Notes: generated from the letters alone by a model not told the origin. DNA of 64,000 bases from an uncultured Planctomycetia bacterium (GCA_964527555.1 CAZGOG010000002.1:41698-105697), one strand, 5' to 3'; shown: positions 1-10,401, counted from the first letter of the stretch. Numbers and translations are program-made.

Positions 1-234
1 CAATATCTCGATAAAGGCTCTTTCTCTCATGCGCTGTGTGAGTTTCTTGGAGTCATCTATCCTCTCGTTAAAAGAGGCGTCGCGTATGACAACGGCAGCG
101 GCGACCACGGGTCCGGCCAAGGGGCCCCTGCCGGCTTCGTCGATCCCGGCTATACGTTTAAACCCCGCCCACTCTGCCTTCCTCTCGTAAAAAAAAGTGT
201 CAATACTATTACTCTGACTCTTTTCTCTGGACAA
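1..234 (-). CDS. rnhB: Ribonuclease HII, N-terminal part (runs off window start)
   Basis: Manual minus-strand translation: ...[36 protein letters not shown]...DDSKKLT; GIDEAGRG and DSKKL are RNase HII motifs; follows rplS as usual. Start (TTG at 234) uncertain. Confidence 0.92.
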   Translation of the reverse strand, partial: MSREKSQSNSIDTFFYERKAEWAGFKRIAGIDEAGRGPLAGPVVAAAVVIRDASFNERIDDSKKLTQRMRERAFIEIL

Positions 235-571
235 CTTTCTCCCTGACTTTAGTGGCTTTTTTGCCTTTTTTGCCCCTTAAGTAATACAGTTTTGCGCGCC
301 TGACTTTACCTTTTTTCCTCACCACGATCTTATCGATAAGCGGTGAATGCATCGGGAAAACACGTTCTACTCCTTCGCCGTAAGAAATGCGTCTTACCGT
401 AAAAGACTGCCGGAGCCCTCCGCCTTTCTTGCCTATAACGATACCGCTGAACAGCTGAACGCGCAGCTTGTTTTCTTCTTTGACCTTGAAATAAACATCG
501 ACATTGTCGCCTATGGCGAAGGCCGGCAACTCTCTCTTGTGTTTATTTTCAAGGGTCTCTATCTTGTTCAT
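209..571 (-). CDS. rplS: 50S ribosomal protein L19
   Basis: [17 protein letters not shown] and [10 protein letters not shown] motifs; ATG at 571 preceded by AGGAGGAG. Confidence 0.97.
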   Translation of the reverse strand: MNKIETLENKHKRELPAFAIGDNVDVYFKVKEENKLRVQLFSGIVIGKKGGGLRQSFTVRRISYGEGVERVFPMHSPLIDKIVVRKKGKVRRAKLYYLRGKKGKKATKVREKVVQRKESE

Positions 572-599
572 TACTCTCCTCCTTTTTATCTGTATACGG

Positions 600-1298
600 C
601 TAATTTTCCACAAGTTTCTTTTTTATTAGATCAGGTCTCCTCTTCATGGTTCTTGAGAGCGCTTGACGTTTCTTCCATTCGTCGATTTTTTTAGGGTCCC
701 CGCTTAAAAGCACCTCGGGCACACGCATCTTCTTATACTCTGCCGGACGCGTATACTGAGGGTATTCCAAAGTGCCCCTTTCAAAAGATTCATCGAGAAG
801 GCACCCTTCGTCCCCCAAGACGCCAGGGATGAGTCTGATAATCGCGTCGCATAGGACCATCGCTGGCACTTCACCGCATGTCAGTACATAGTCCCCGATA
901 GAGATTTCCATGTCCACCAAAGAGCGTATCCTCTCGTCAAACCCTTCGTAATGCCCGCATATCAGAATTATATGTTCAAGCGAAGAAAGCATCTTTGCGG
1001 TCCTCTGCGTGAACTTGCCGCCCTGCGGGGTAATAAGCACCACCACCGGCTCTATACCGCGGGCCGCTTTTTTCTTAAGGTCCCTAAGCGCTTTATCCAC
1101 CGGCTCGACCTTCATGATCATGCCCGGTCCGCCGCCGTAAGGTTTATCGTCAACCGTCCGGTGCCGGTCACTCGTCCACTCGCGGAGATTATGCATATGG
1201 ATTTCGGCCAGGCGCTTTTCCTGCGCGATCCTCACCATGGACTCCTTGAAGACGCCCGTAAACATCCCCGGGAAAAGTGTCAGAATATCTATACGCAT
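600..1298 (-). CDS. trmD: tRNA (guanine-N1)-methyltransferase
   Basis: [38 protein letters not shown] motifs. Confidence 0.98.
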   Translation of the reverse strand: MRIDILTLFPGMFTGVFKESMVRIAQEKRLAEIHMHNLREWTSDRHRTVDDKPYGGGPGMIMKVEPVDKALRDLKKKAARGIEPVVVLITPQGGKFTQRTAKMLSSLEHIILICGHYEGFDERIRSLVDMEISIGDYVLTCGEVPAMVLCDAIIRLIPGVLGDEGCLLDESFERGTLEYPQYTRPAEYKKMRVPEVLLSGDPKKIDEWKKRQALSRTMKRRPDLIKKKLVEN

Positions 1299-1334
1299 CG
1301 ATCCACCTGGTTTTTTAAGTGCTACTTAAATTAT

Positions 1335-1574
1335 TTATATCTCAAGCCTCTTGAGAATACTTTTTACCGTGCTAGAGGGTTTTGCCCCGTTTTTTATCCA
1401 ATATTCGACACGTTCCCTGTCGAGAGTGACTTCATTCTTGTCCTTTTTCGGGTCATAAAGTCCCAGCTCTTCTAAAGCCTTCCCATCCCGTTTTTTCGAT
1501 TTCGTCATGGCGACAATACGGTAAAAAGGGTTTTTCTTGGTGCCGAACATCTTCAGTCTAAGAACAACTGCCAT
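1335..1574 (-). CDS. rpsP: 30S ribosomal protein S16
   Basis: RLKMFGTKKNPFYRIV...RDG...LGLYDP...GAKPS. Confidence 0.97.
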   Translation of the reverse strand: MAVVLRLKMFGTKKNPFYRIVAMTKSKKRDGKALEELGLYDPKKDKNEVTLDRERVEYWIKNGAKPSSTVKSILKRLEI

Positions 1575-1615
1575 TGGTCCTCCTTTTCGAGGCGCGTTAT
1601 TTAAACGCGCGCCTT

Positions 1616-2881
1616 TTATTCTTTCACTCTTTTGACTTTCGCGCCTACCGCTGAAAGCTTCCGTTCGATATGCTCATAACCCCTGTCGAGGTGATAAATC
1701 CTTGAGATTTCTGTGCGGCCCTCCGCCACCAGTCCCGCCAGGACCAACGCGGCAGAAGCCCTCAGATCCGAAGCCATAACCGGTGCCCCGCTGAGGCGTT
1801 TAACGCCCCTTATGATCGCGGTGGAACCTTCCAGTATGATATCCGCGCCCATCCTGTTAAGCTCGCTTATGTGGATGAATCTTTCCGGATATATCTTCTC
1901 AGTAATAACACTTATGCCGCTGCAAAGGGTAAAAAGACTCATCATCTGCGCCTGAAGATCCGTCGGGAAGCCCGGATACGTCAGGGTCGTGACATCCGTG
2001 GGCAGGATCTTGCCGGTCTTTCTGTATACTTCGACCCCTCCGGGGCGTTCCTCGACCATGCCGCCGGAATCCTCCAGCTTATCAATAAGCGCAAGATTAT
2101 GCGCCAGATCCGCATTCTCGAGGAAGAGCCTGCTTCCCGTCAAGACGGCCGCTATCATGTAAGTACCCGATTCGATCCTGTCGGGGATGACCGTGTGGCG
2201 AGCCCCCTCAAGGCGCTTAACACCGCGCACTCTGAGTGTAGGAGTGCCGGCGCCCTCTATGTCCGCCCCCATCTTACGCAAGAAGTTCACCAGGTCCGTG
2301 ATCTCCGGTTCACACGCGGCATCTTCTATCACGCTCTGGCCTTCGGCCAGGACCGCTGCCATAAGCGTATTGGCCGTGGCAAGCACGCTTGAGCCGAAAT
2401 GCCCGCCCAGGTATATCCGCGCGCCTTTTAGTTTTTTGGCGCTGGCGACTATATATCCCTCTTCAATGCGTATATCCGCACCCAGTGCACGCAGACCCTT
2501 AAGATGCAGGTCAATGGGCCTGGGCCCTATTACGCATCCTCCCGGAAAAGAGACCTTGGCCTCTTTATACCTTGCAAGAAGCGGCCCCAGAACCGCTATA
2601 GAAGCGCGCATGGTGCTCACCAGCTCATATGCGGCGGTAACGTTCTTGACCTCACCCGGAGATATCCTTACTCCGCTGTTTTCTTTTTTTATGCCGCGGC
2701 CGAACTCCCCGAGGAGTTTTATCATGGTGGAAACGTCTTTTAGGTCCGGCACGTTTGAGATACTGCACTCCTCATCGGTAAGCAGGGTCGCCGCCAGGAT
2801 CGGCAGGCAAGCGTTTTTCGCCCCGCTTATGCGTACGGTACCGGTAAGTTTCCTCCCGCCCTCAATGATAAGCTTATCCAT
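1616..2881 (-). CDS. murA: UDP-N-acetylglucosamine 1-carboxyvinyltransferase
   Basis: SGAKNA, PGGCVIGPRPIDLH (catalytic Cys retained), YPGFPTDLQAQ, HLDRGYE. Confidence 0.98.
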   Translation of the reverse strand: MDKLIIEGGRKLTGTVRISGAKNACLPILAATLLTDEECSISNVPDLKDVSTMIKLLGEFGRGIKKENSGVRISPGEVKNVTAAYELVSTMRASIAVLGPLLARYKEAKVSFPGGCVIGPRPIDLHLKGLRALGADIRIEEGYIVASAKKLKGARIYLGGHFGSSVLATANTLMAAVLAEGQSVIEDAACEPEITDLVNFLRKMGADIEGAGTPTLRVRGVKRLEGARHTVIPDRIESGTYMIAAVLTGSRLFLENADLAHNLALIDKLEDSGGMVEERPGGVEVYRKTGKILPTDVTTLTYPGFPTDLQAQMMSLFTLCSGISVITEKIYPERFIHISELNRMGADIILEGSTAIIRGVKRLSGAPVMASDLRASAALVLAGLVAEGRTEISRIYHLDRGYEHIERKLSAVGAKVKRVKE

Positions 2882-3551
2882 TCTTCCACCCCGTAATGAC
2901 GCGTTCGTATCCCGCCTGGTCCCTGAAACCGGCGATATTCTTAAAACCGTTGTCGTAAAAACCTTTTTTCACCTTCTCCGCCTGGTCGTATCCTATCTCG
3001 AGGGCAAGGAATCCCCCCGTCTTAAGGAACAGCGGGCTTTCCCGCAGGAGAATATCAAGATAATCCATGCCTTCTTCCCCGGCATAAAGAGCTATTTTGG
3101 GCTCCGCTTTGACCCAGGCGTCAAGGCCATCGTAATCCTTGTCTGAGACGTAGGGCGGGTTCGAGACGACACAGTCAAAAGAGTTTTCCCGTTTTCCTCT
3201 AAACGCCGAAAACATGTCCGAGACCACAAGTTCAACGTTTCCGACGCAATCAAAACGTTTTAAATTCTCCCCAGCCACGCTCAAAGCTTCATCTGAGACG
3301 TCCGAAGCGATTATACGGCATCTTTTCAAAAGTTTCGTAAGACCCAGCGGGATGATCCCGCTTCCGGTGCCCACATCAATTATGAAAGGCTCGCTAAAGG
3401 CCGCTTTCCGGCACAGTTCTGACGCGGCAGTTACCAAAAGTTCCGTCTCGGGGCGCGGTATGAGCACCCTCTCATCCACCGCAACTTCCATGTCCATGAA
3501 AGAAGCCTTACCCTCTTCATACTGTACCGGCACTTTGTCGGAATAGTCCAT
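2874..3551 (-). CDS. prmC: Release factor glutamine methyltransferase, N-terminally short
   Basis: VLIPRPETE, DVGTGSG, SNPPY motifs; directly downstream of prfA. Confidence 0.93.
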   Translation of the reverse strand: MDYSDKVPVQYEEGKASFMDMEVAVDERVLIPRPETELLVTAASELCRKAAFSEPFIIDVGTGSGIIPLGLTKLLKRCRIIASDVSDEALSVAGENLKRFDCVGNVELVVSDMFSAFRGKRENSFDCVVSNPPYVSDKDYDGLDAWVKAEPKIALYAGEEGMDYLDILLRESPLFLKTGGFLALEIGYDQAEKVKKGFYDNGFKNIAGFRDQAGYERVITGWKNG

Positions 3552-3561
3552 AAAAGTTTTT

Positions 3562-4644
3562 TTAGCTCGCCCCTATCTTCAGTTTTCTATCCTCTTCTTC
3601 AAGAGCTTCTATTATCCTGTCAAGCTCTCCGCACTCAAGGATATTCGAAAGATCATGTATCGTCAGGTTGATACGGTGATCGGTTATCCGGTTCTCCGGA
3701 AAATTATAAGTCCTTATCTTCTCGGACCTGTCCCCGCTGCCGACCTGCTTTTTCCTGGCGCTGGAGATCGCTTTTCTTTGTTCTTCCTGCTTCTTCTCAA
3801 GTATGCGCGCTTTAAGCACCCGCATCGCCTTGGCTTTATTCTTGTGCTGGCTTCTTTCGTCCTGGCAGCTTACTACAACGCCGGTAGGCATATGAGTTAT
3901 GCGCACAGCCGAATCCGTAACGTTCACATGCTGCCCGCCGGCTCCGCTCGCACGGTAAACGTCTATCTTGAGGTCCTGCGGGTTTATCTCGACTTCCACG
4001 TCTTCCGCTTCCGGCAGGACCGCGACGGTAGCGGCTGAAGTGTGCACTCTTCCGCTTGCCTCGGTCTCGGGTACACGCTGCACCCTGTGAGTACCCATCT
4101 CGAATCTCAGGAACTTGAAGACCCGCTCGCCTTCCACGGAAAAAATGATCTCTTTTATGCCGCCGCGTTCCGTTTCGCTCAAACTCATTATCGAACTTTT
4201 CCAGCCCTTTTTATCGATATATTTCGCGTACATCCTATAGAGATCACCGGCAAAAAGCGCCGCTTCCACGCCGCCGGTACCGGCCCTTATCTCCATGATG
4301 ACGTTACGGCTGTATTCTGCCTCATCGCAAGAAAAAAGCATGTCCTCAAGTTCCTTTTTTTTCGCATCTATCGCCTCAAGGACGCTGTCGAGCTCTTTCT
4401 CAGCCAAGAGGGCATATTCGCTTGTCTTTTCTTCCTCCGCGATCATCTTATCCAGCTCTTCTTTTTCTTTTAGAAGAGCAAGATACTTGTCGTACTTTGC
4501 GACGATCTCTTTCAGCTCGGCGTATTCTTTGGCCTTCTCTTTGTACTTCTGGCGGTTGGATAAGAGTTCCGGCGAAGAAAGCTCCTTCTCCAGGATCATG
4601 TATTCTTCTTTCTTCTTCTTAAGTCCCTCAAACATTTTTTCCAT
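3562..4644 (-). CDS. prfA: Peptide chain release factor 1
   Basis: HRVQRVPETE (PxT motif), GAGGQHVN, GSGDRSEKIRTYNFP. Confidence 0.98.
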   Translation of the reverse strand: MEKMFEGLKKKKEEYMILEKELSSPELLSNRQKYKEKAKEYAELKEIVAKYDKYLALLKEKEELDKMIAEEEKTSEYALLAEKELDSVLEAIDAKKKELEDMLFSCDEAEYSRNVIMEIRAGTGGVEAALFAGDLYRMYAKYIDKKGWKSSIMSLSETERGGIKEIIFSVEGERVFKFLRFEMGTHRVQRVPETEASGRVHTSAATVAVLPEAEDVEVEINPQDLKIDVYRASGAGGQHVNVTDSAVRITHMPTGVVVSCQDERSQHKNKAKAMRVLKARILEKKQEEQRKAISSARKKQVGSGDRSEKIRTYNFPENRITDHRINLTIHDLSNILECGELDRIIEALEEEDRKLKIGAS

Positions 4645-4655
4645 AGCGCACTGAT

Positions 4656-4760
4656 AAAATAAAGCATTATAAGCGAATAGTCGTTAGCCCATAGTACCTG
4701 GCTCATTCCCCAGCCAAGCGCTATAACTAACGACTAATATATTCCGCGAAAGTTTATTTT
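4656..4760 (-). other. Long imperfect hairpin in the rpmE-prfA intergenic region
   Basis: TAGTCGTTAG (4678-4687) pairs with CTAACGACTA (4727-4736); inner ATAG/CTAT and TGGCT/AGCCA; outer AAAATAAA/TTTATTTT. Several mismatches become G-U pairs only on the minus strand. Confidence 0.6.
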
Positions 4761-4792
4761 TCCTTCCAAATCACTTGCAACGATTTTTCTCT

Positions 4793-5104
4793 TTAAGTTT
4801 CACTGGGCTCTTCGGGCGTTTTCTCTTCCGGAGTCTTGGAGACTTCTTCCCGGGCTTTTGGAGACTCTTCCTTCCGGCTGGCAGCTTTTTTCCCTTTTTC
4901 CTTCTCGGCCTTTTCATACCGTTTCTGGAAGCGTTCCACCCTGCCCGCAGAGTCAACTAGCTTTTGCTTGCCGGTATAAAAAGGATGGCATTTTGAGCAT
5001 ATTTCAACATGTATGTTCTCTTTTGTTGAACGCGTATGCACAGTATTGCCGCATGCACAGACAATGGTAGTTTCCTTATATTCAGGATGTATACCTTTCT
5101 TCAC
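4793..5104 (-). CDS. rpmE: 50S ribosomal protein L31 (Zn-binding type) with charged C-terminal extension
   Basis: [32 protein letters not shown], then a K/E/P-rich tail; downstream of rho. Confidence 0.96.
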   Translation of the reverse strand: MKKGIHPEYKETTIVCACGNTVHTRSTKENIHVEICSKCHPFYTGKQKLVDSAGRVERFQKRYEKAEKEKGKKAASRKEESPKAREEVSKTPEEKTPEEPSET

Positions 5105-5159
5105 TTCTAACCCCCTTTATAAATATATTATTCTTATACAGTTATAAACAAGAGTAAAT

Positions 5160-5187
5160 ATTTTACTAAAATTTCAATAAATATCAA
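5160..5187 (-). promoter_or_regulatory. Putative sigma70 promoter of rpmE
   Basis: TTGATA-N16-TAAAAT on the minus strand in an AT-rich gap. Confidence 0.5.
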
Positions 5188-5274
5188 GTATTAATTATGA
5201 CCCGAAGGAATATCGCGTCTTTTAGGGGAAAATCCCCGACTCATACGTACTCGGTAAGGCTTTACAGAAAAAAA

Positions 5275-6555
5275 CTAGCTTTTACCCATATTCTGAAGGA
5301 ATTCCTTGTTCGTCTTGGATTTACCCAGACGGTCCAGAAGCAGTTGCATCGCTTCCACAGAATCAAGATCGCTTAGAGCCTTGCGCATAAGCCATATTTT
5401 CTTGAGTTCGTCTTCTTCGACAAGCAGCTCTTCTTTTCGCGTATTCGAGCGCTTTATGTCTATCGCCGGATAGATCCTGCGCTGGAAAAGGTTCCTGTCA
5501 AGCTGGATCTCCATGTTGCCGGTACCCTTGAACTCTTCGAATATGACCTCGTCCATGCGGCTGCCGGTATCGACCAAAGCGGTGGCGATTATCGTGAGGC
5601 TCCCCCCCTCCTCCACGTTACGCGCTGAACCGAAGAAACGTTTGGGCTTATGAAGGGCGTTTGCGTCCACTCCGCCGGAAAGTATCTTGCCCGAATGCGG
5701 CACGACGGTATTATACGCACGCGCCAGGCGCGTTATCGAATCAAGCAGTATGACAACGTCGTATTTGTGTTCCACAAGCCGTTTTGCTTTTTTAAGCACC
5801 ATCTCGGCGACCTGGGTATGCCGCTGCGCCTGTTCATCAAAAGTCGAAGCCACCACTTCCGCCTTTACCGAACGCTGCATGTCGGTAACCTCTTCCGGGC
5901 GCTCATCGATAAGCAGTATTATGAGCTTGACCTCGGGATAGTTTGTCGTGATGCTGTTGGCGAACTTCTGAAGGAAGACCGTCTTGCCGCTATAGGGAGG
6001 CGCGACTATCATCCCCCTTTGCCCTTTACCCACGGGTGTAAGAAGATCCATCACGCGCATGGATATCTCCTTGGGGTCCGTCTCCAGGGCAAAACGTTCG
6101 TCAGGGTACAGCGGCGTCAGGTTCTCGAAAAGTATCTTGTTCTTCGTGACCTCCGGGTTCTCAAAGTTCACAGCCTCTACCTTTAAAAGGGCAAAATAGC
6201 GTTCACCCTCTTTCGGGGGACGGATCTGGCCGCTAACCGTATCACCCGTCTTAAGATTAAACCGGCGTATCTGCGAGGGTGAGACGTAGATGTCGTCCGG
6301 GCACGGCAGGTAACTGTAATCGGGACTTCTTAAAAACCCGAATCCGTCCTCCAGCACCTCGAGCACACCTTCCCCGTATGCCAGGCCGTCTTTCTCGATC
6401 TTCGCCTGCAGGATCTTAAAAATAAGATCGTGCTTCTTCATGCCGCTCATACCGTTGATCTTAAGCGTCTTGGCAAGCTCCGTAAGCTCGGCGATCTTCA
6501 TGTTCTTCAGTTTTACGATGTCTAGCTCTTTCTCTCTTTTTGCACGTTTTTCCAT
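5275..6555 (-). CDS. rho: Transcription termination factor Rho
   Basis: [46 protein letters not shown]. Confidence 0.99.
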   Translation of the reverse strand: MEKRAKREKELDIVKLKNMKIAELTELAKTLKINGMSGMKKHDLIFKILQAKIEKDGLAYGEGVLEVLEDGFGFLRSPDYSYLPCPDDIYVSPSQIRRFNLKTGDTVSGQIRPPKEGERYFALLKVEAVNFENPEVTKNKILFENLTPLYPDERFALETDPKEISMRVMDLLTPVGKGQRGMIVAPPYSGKTVFLQKFANSITTNYPEVKLIILLIDERPEEVTDMQRSVKAEVVASTFDEQAQRHTQVAEMVLKKAKRLVEHKYDVVILLDSITRLARAYNTVVPHSGKILSGGVDANALHKPKRFFGSARNVEEGGSLTIIATALVDTGSRMDEVIFEEFKGTGNMEIQLDRNLFQRRIYPAIDIKRSNTRKEELLVEEDELKKIWLMRKALSDLDSVEAMQLLLDRLGKSKTNKEFLQNMGKS

Positions 6556-7121
6556 ATCTCTTCGACTCCTTTTTTTATTTTTTCTAGACCACTATCGTTA
6601 TCTATGACATAATCGGCGAATTTTGCTTTCTCGCTAAGAGGCAGCTGCTCTTCTATAATACGCTTAGCCTCCTCGCTTGAGATCCCCCGATTCTTTGCCC
6701 TTTTTATCTGAGTGCCCGCAGAACTTCTCACGACAACCACGATGTCCACATAATCATGCAAGTTCGTTTCAACCAGCAGCGGCGCATCGATGACAACCAC
6801 GGGACTATTCGACCCGGCGGTTTCTTCCTTGATCCGGCGGATGATCTCAGGATGCATTATGCCGGAAAGCTTCTTTAGTTTTTCTTTGTCTGAGAAAACC
6901 TTCCCGGCAAGTTTCTTTCTGTCTATTTTGCTTCCGGTGAGGATCTCCCTGCCGAATAGATCCAGGACTTTTGCGATTATCCGCTCATCTTCCTCCAAAA
7001 GCTTATGAGCGATGCCGTCAGCGTCTATCTTAAAAGCGCCTTTGGATGCGAACATATCGCTTGCGGTAGTCTTGCCCGTGGCCAGGGCCCCCGTTACTCC
7101 GATGATTATTTTTTTCTTCAT
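6522..7121 (-). CDS. coaE: Dephospho-CoA kinase
   Basis: [14 protein letters not shown]-loop, [22 protein letters not shown]; downstream of polA. Confidence 0.95.
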   Translation of the reverse strand: MKKKIIIGVTGALATGKTTASDMFASKGAFKIDADGIAHKLLEEDERIIAKVLDLFGREILTGSKIDRKKLAGKVFSDKEKLKKLSGIMHPEIIRRIKEETAGSNSPVVVIDAPLLVETNLHDYVDIVVVVRSSAGTQIKRAKNRGISSEEAKRIIEEQLPLSEKAKFADYVIDNDSGLEKIKKGVEEIWKNVQKERKS

Positions 7122-7132
7122 ACCAGGTCTCC

Positions 7133-9769
7133 CTACAGCGCCACTTCTTCCAGGTCCAGCCAGTTCCTGCCCGCCTCAACATCCACTTTAAGAGGGACCT
7201 TAAGCTCGATAACGCCTTCCATGAGTCTTTTCACTTTTTCGCTGGCTTCTTCCAGCATCTCTAGAGGCAGCTTAAAGACAAGCTCATCGTGCACCTGTAT
7301 GATCGTTTTCACTCCGGAAGCCTTAAACTCCTTATCGCAAGCTATCATCGCAAGTTTTATGAGATCCGCCGCCGAACCCTGCACGGGCGTGTTGACCGCG
7401 ACTCTTTCGGCAAAACCTTTTACGTGTTCGTTTGAGGCGTTTATCTCAGGGATATACCTTCTCCTTTTTAATAGCGTCGTGACAAAACCTTTTTTCCTGG
7501 CGGAAGCGATCGTCTTCGTTATAAAAGACTTCACCCCGCTGTATCGTTTGAAATAAGCGTCGATGAAGCCTTGCGCTTCTTCGGCGCTTATGCCTAAGTC
7601 TTTTGCCAGGCCGAAAGCGCTCATGCCGTAAGCTATCCCGAAATTAACCGTCTTGGCCACCGAACGCATCTTATCGGTCACTTCCGCAAGCTTACAGCCG
7701 TATATCTCACTCGCGGTTGAGCGGTGCACATCCTCTCCTTTTTTAAAAGCCGATATCAAACGCTTGTCATCCGCCAGGTGCGCCAGAATCCTGAGCTCCA
7801 CCTGGGAATAGTCCGCCGCAAGAAGCACCATGCCTTTCCCGCCGGGTATAAACGCGCGCCTGACCTCTTTGCCCAGTTTCGTTTTTATGGGGATATTCTG
7901 CAGGTTCGGCTCGCTCGAGGAAAGCCTGCCCGTTGCGGTGACCGCCTGGTTGAAATGGGCATGCAGCGTGTGAGTGCCCTCATCCACCAGGTTCAGTATC
8001 GAATCATAATAAGTGCTTTTAAGTTTGCTTATCTCGCGGTACTCCAGAAGCACCGCGGGCAGTTCATGCACTTCCGTCAGCCGGCGGAGAACCGACTCAT
8101 CGGTCGAGGCGCCCGTCTTTGTCTTTTTCGTCACGGCAAGGCCCAGTTTCTCATACAGAATGACCTGGAGCTGCTTGGGTGAATTTATATTGAATTCTTC
8201 TCCGGCAAGTTTATATATCCGTGAGGATATTTCCTCCAGCTCTTTCTCCATGGCTTTGGAGCGCGTCTCGAGGTACTTGATGTCGATGCCCACGCCTTCA
8301 GCCTCCATATCGGCAAGGATACCGGCAAGCGGCATCTCGACGTCCCTGAAAAGAGGTTTGAGATGCTTCTCGTCAAGCTGCGGCTCTAACACGTTATACA
8401 GTCTCTCTATTATATCGCTTCTTTCACACGCATGAAGGGCTTCTTTGACGCCTGAGAAGTCCATCTCGGCCTGGCCGCTCGCGCCCCAGCCGACTGCCCC
8501 GGTATCCTCCGAAAGGCTGTATCCAAGCTGACGCATCGCTATCGATTCCAGGTCGTATTTCCCGCGCGAGGGATCGATAAGGTAATCGGCTATCATCACG
8601 TCGAACGAGACGCCTTTAATATCGATACCGCGCTTGCGTAAAGCGAGTATATCGTTTTTTATGTCATGCCCCCTCTTCTGGAGGGTATCATCTTCAAGAA
8701 CGCCTTTAATTATAGGCAGGAGTTCTTTGTTCATCGGGATAAAGTAAGCTAACCTCTCATCGCAGGAAAACGCAATCCCGTTTATGTCGGAGTCCGCGAA
8801 AGAGACGCTCATCGAAACCTTCTTACCCCTCGACATCTCTTTTACGGCTTCTTCTACTTCTTTGGGTTTCTTTTTTACGGCGTATTTAGTCTCCTCCCTC
8901 TCTATAGTAGAGATCTCCTTTAAAAGCTTCTGGAACTCGAATTCCTTAAAGAGTTCCTTCAGGCGGTCCGTATCGGCTTCGCCTAAATGCGCCTCATCGA
9001 TATCCATATCCACATCCACTTCCATGTCCAGCTGTGCGAGCTGGCGGCTGAGCTCTGCCATCTCTTTGCCTTCGATGAGTTTTTTCTTTGTCGCTTCTGA
9101 AGCGATTCTATCGACATTCTCATAAACACCCTTAAGCGAACCGTACTCTTGGATAAGTTTGGCAGCGGTGACCTTGCCGATACCTTTCACCCCGGGTATA
9201 TTATCGGTCGTATCCCCTATAAGAGCCATAAGGTCTACCATCTTAGAGGGAGAGACCCCGTACTTCTCCTCGACGCTTTTCGCGTCATACAGTTTATCAC
9301 CCATCGGGTGCGGCGAAAGAACCTTGGTCTTTTCATCCACGAGCTGCAGGGCGTCTTTATCCCCGGTGACTATCGTCACCAGAAAACCCTTCTTCTTAGC
9401 CTCTTTGGTCAAAGTCGCGATAATATCATCCGCTTCATACCCCTCTTTCTCGCATACGGGGATCCTGTACGCTTCGACCAGCTCTTTGATCCTGGGGATC
9501 TGGCTGATAAGGTCGTCCGGCATCACCGGACGGTGCACCTTGTACTCTTTATACTTTTTATGCCTGACTGTCGGCCCTTTCACGTCAAAAGCTACGGCCA
9601 GCATGTCGGGTTGATATTCCCGGATAAGCTTACGCAATATGTTTAAAAAACCGTATATCGCATTGGTGGGCATGCCCTTGGAGGTACTCAGCTCGCGTAT
9701 AGCGTAGTACGCCCGATAGCAAAGCGAATGTCCGTCTACAAGGTAAATATTTTTACTTTTCTTGCTCAT
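7133..9769 (-). CDS. polA: DNA polymerase I
   Basis: 5'-3' exonuclease (LVDGHS, YEADDII, GDTTDNIPGVKGIG) and polymerase motifs (ATGRLSSSEPNLQNIP, ADYSQVELR, QVHDELV). Confidence 0.99.
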   Translation of the reverse strand: MSKKSKNIYLVDGHSLCYRAYYAIRELSTSKGMPTNAIYGFLNILRKLIREYQPDMLAVAFDVKGPTVRHKKYKEYKVHRPVMPDDLISQIPRIKELVEAYRIPVCEKEGYEADDIIATLTKEAKKKGFLVTIVTGDKDALQLVDEKTKVLSPHPMGDKLYDAKSVEEKYGVSPSKMVDLMALIGDTTDNIPGVKGIGKVTAAKLIQEYGSLKGVYENVDRIASEATKKKLIEGKEMAELSRQLAQLDMEVDVDMDIDEAHLGEADTDRLKELFKEFEFQKLLKEISTIEREETKYAVKKKPKEVEEAVKEMSRGKKVSMSVSFADSDINGIAFSCDERLAYFIPMNKELLPIIKGVLEDDTLQKRGHDIKNDILALRKRGIDIKGVSFDVMIADYLIDPSRGKYDLESIAMRQLGYSLSEDTGAVGWGASGQAEMDFSGVKEALHACERSDIIERLYNVLEPQLDEKHLKPLFRDVEMPLAGILADMEAEGVGIDIKYLETRSKAMEKELEEISSRIYKLAGEEFNINSPKQLQVILYEKLGLAVTKKTKTGASTDESVLRRLTEVHELPAVLLEYREISKLKSTYYDSILNLVDEGTHTLHAHFNQAVTATGRLSSSEPNLQNIPIKTKLGKEVRRAFIPGGKGMVLLAADYSQVELRILAHLADDKRLISAFKKGEDVHRSTASEIYGCKLAEVTDKMRSVAKTVNFGIAYGMSAFGLAKDLGISAEEAQGFIDAYFKRYSGVKSFITKTIASARKKGFVTTLLKRRRYIPEINASNEHVKGFAERVAVNTPVQGSAADLIKLAMIACDKEFKASGVKTIIQVHDELVFKLPLEMLEEASEKVKRLMEGVIELKVPLKVDVEAGRNWLDLEEVAL

Positions 9770-9927
9770 GCGTTAATCGGAATAATAAATGGCCGGCCTT
9801 TTCGAGTAGCTTTAAAGGGAATGGGAATATGCATTTCTTTCTATGGCTATAAAATAAACATACAATCCGAGTATACTTTTGCGTTTTGTGTAAGGAAATA
9901 CTTTTGGCGAGTTTTATAATCCTCTTT

Positions 9928-9955
9928 ATTATAATATTTTCTAATATTATGTCAA
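9928..9955 (-). promoter_or_regulatory. Consensus sigma70 promoter upstream of polA
   Basis: Perfect TTGACA-N16-TATAAT on the minus strand, about 160 nt upstream of the polA ATG. Confidence 0.7.
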
Positions 9956-10034
9956 GCAAACTTTAAAGAAATAACACGAAACTCCATGGCCCCTTAAAAG
10001 CAGCTCTAAAAAGGCCCCTAAAAGAGGCGCATGA

Positions 10035-10400
10035 TTAGAAACGAAAAATCACAATCAAAAGCAGCGCAATAAGCACCGCTGAAACCACATAGAAATCACT
10101 GAAGTAGAAAAAATCGGCAATCTTGTCGATGAAGGTGTCCCTCGACCTCTTCGTGTCCATCACTTCAAGCCGCTCTTTGGGGCGCTTAGGCGTCTGGACG
10201 ACAGGCGCTTTATCCTTGCTGCTGATACGGGAATCTATTTCTGAGCGTATGGCGTCGATCTGATCCCGCCTGAAACGCAAAAGCTCTCCGCCGAGCTTGT
10301 ACGCTACGATCACTTTCCTCTCGACAAGGTCGATTATTTTCTCTTCACTGATCCCTAAATAGTCGGACAGCTCCTGTAAAGTAAGCAGCTTCTCGGGCAT
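10035..10400 (-). CDS. Excisionase/MerR-like (HTH_17-type) DNA-binding protein with C-terminal membrane anchor
   Basis: LLTLQELSDYLGIS...IVAYKLGGELLRFRRDQID; hydrophobic C-terminus FYVVSAVLIALLLIVIFRF. Confidence 0.8.
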   Translation of the reverse strand: MPEKLLTLQELSDYLGISEEKIIDLVERKVIVAYKLGGELLRFRRDQIDAIRSEIDSRISSKDKAPVVQTPKRPKERLEVMDTKRSRDTFIDKIADFFYFSDFYVVSAVLIALLLIVIFRF

Positions 10401-10401
10401 A

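Noticed and set aside
1590-1614. GC-rich hairpin after murA as a terminator
   Set aside because: The stem is imperfect and has no U-tract on the coding strand.
4682-4692. 11-nt match (CGTTAGCCCAT) to the element right-end hairpin
   Set aside because: Too short, flanks do not align, and there are no TTTRC or TTCAC boundaries; not counted as a fifth copy.
9753-9959. 68-aa minus-strand ORF
   Set aside because: Its TTG start region overlaps the consensus promoter; AT-rich, with no SD or motif.
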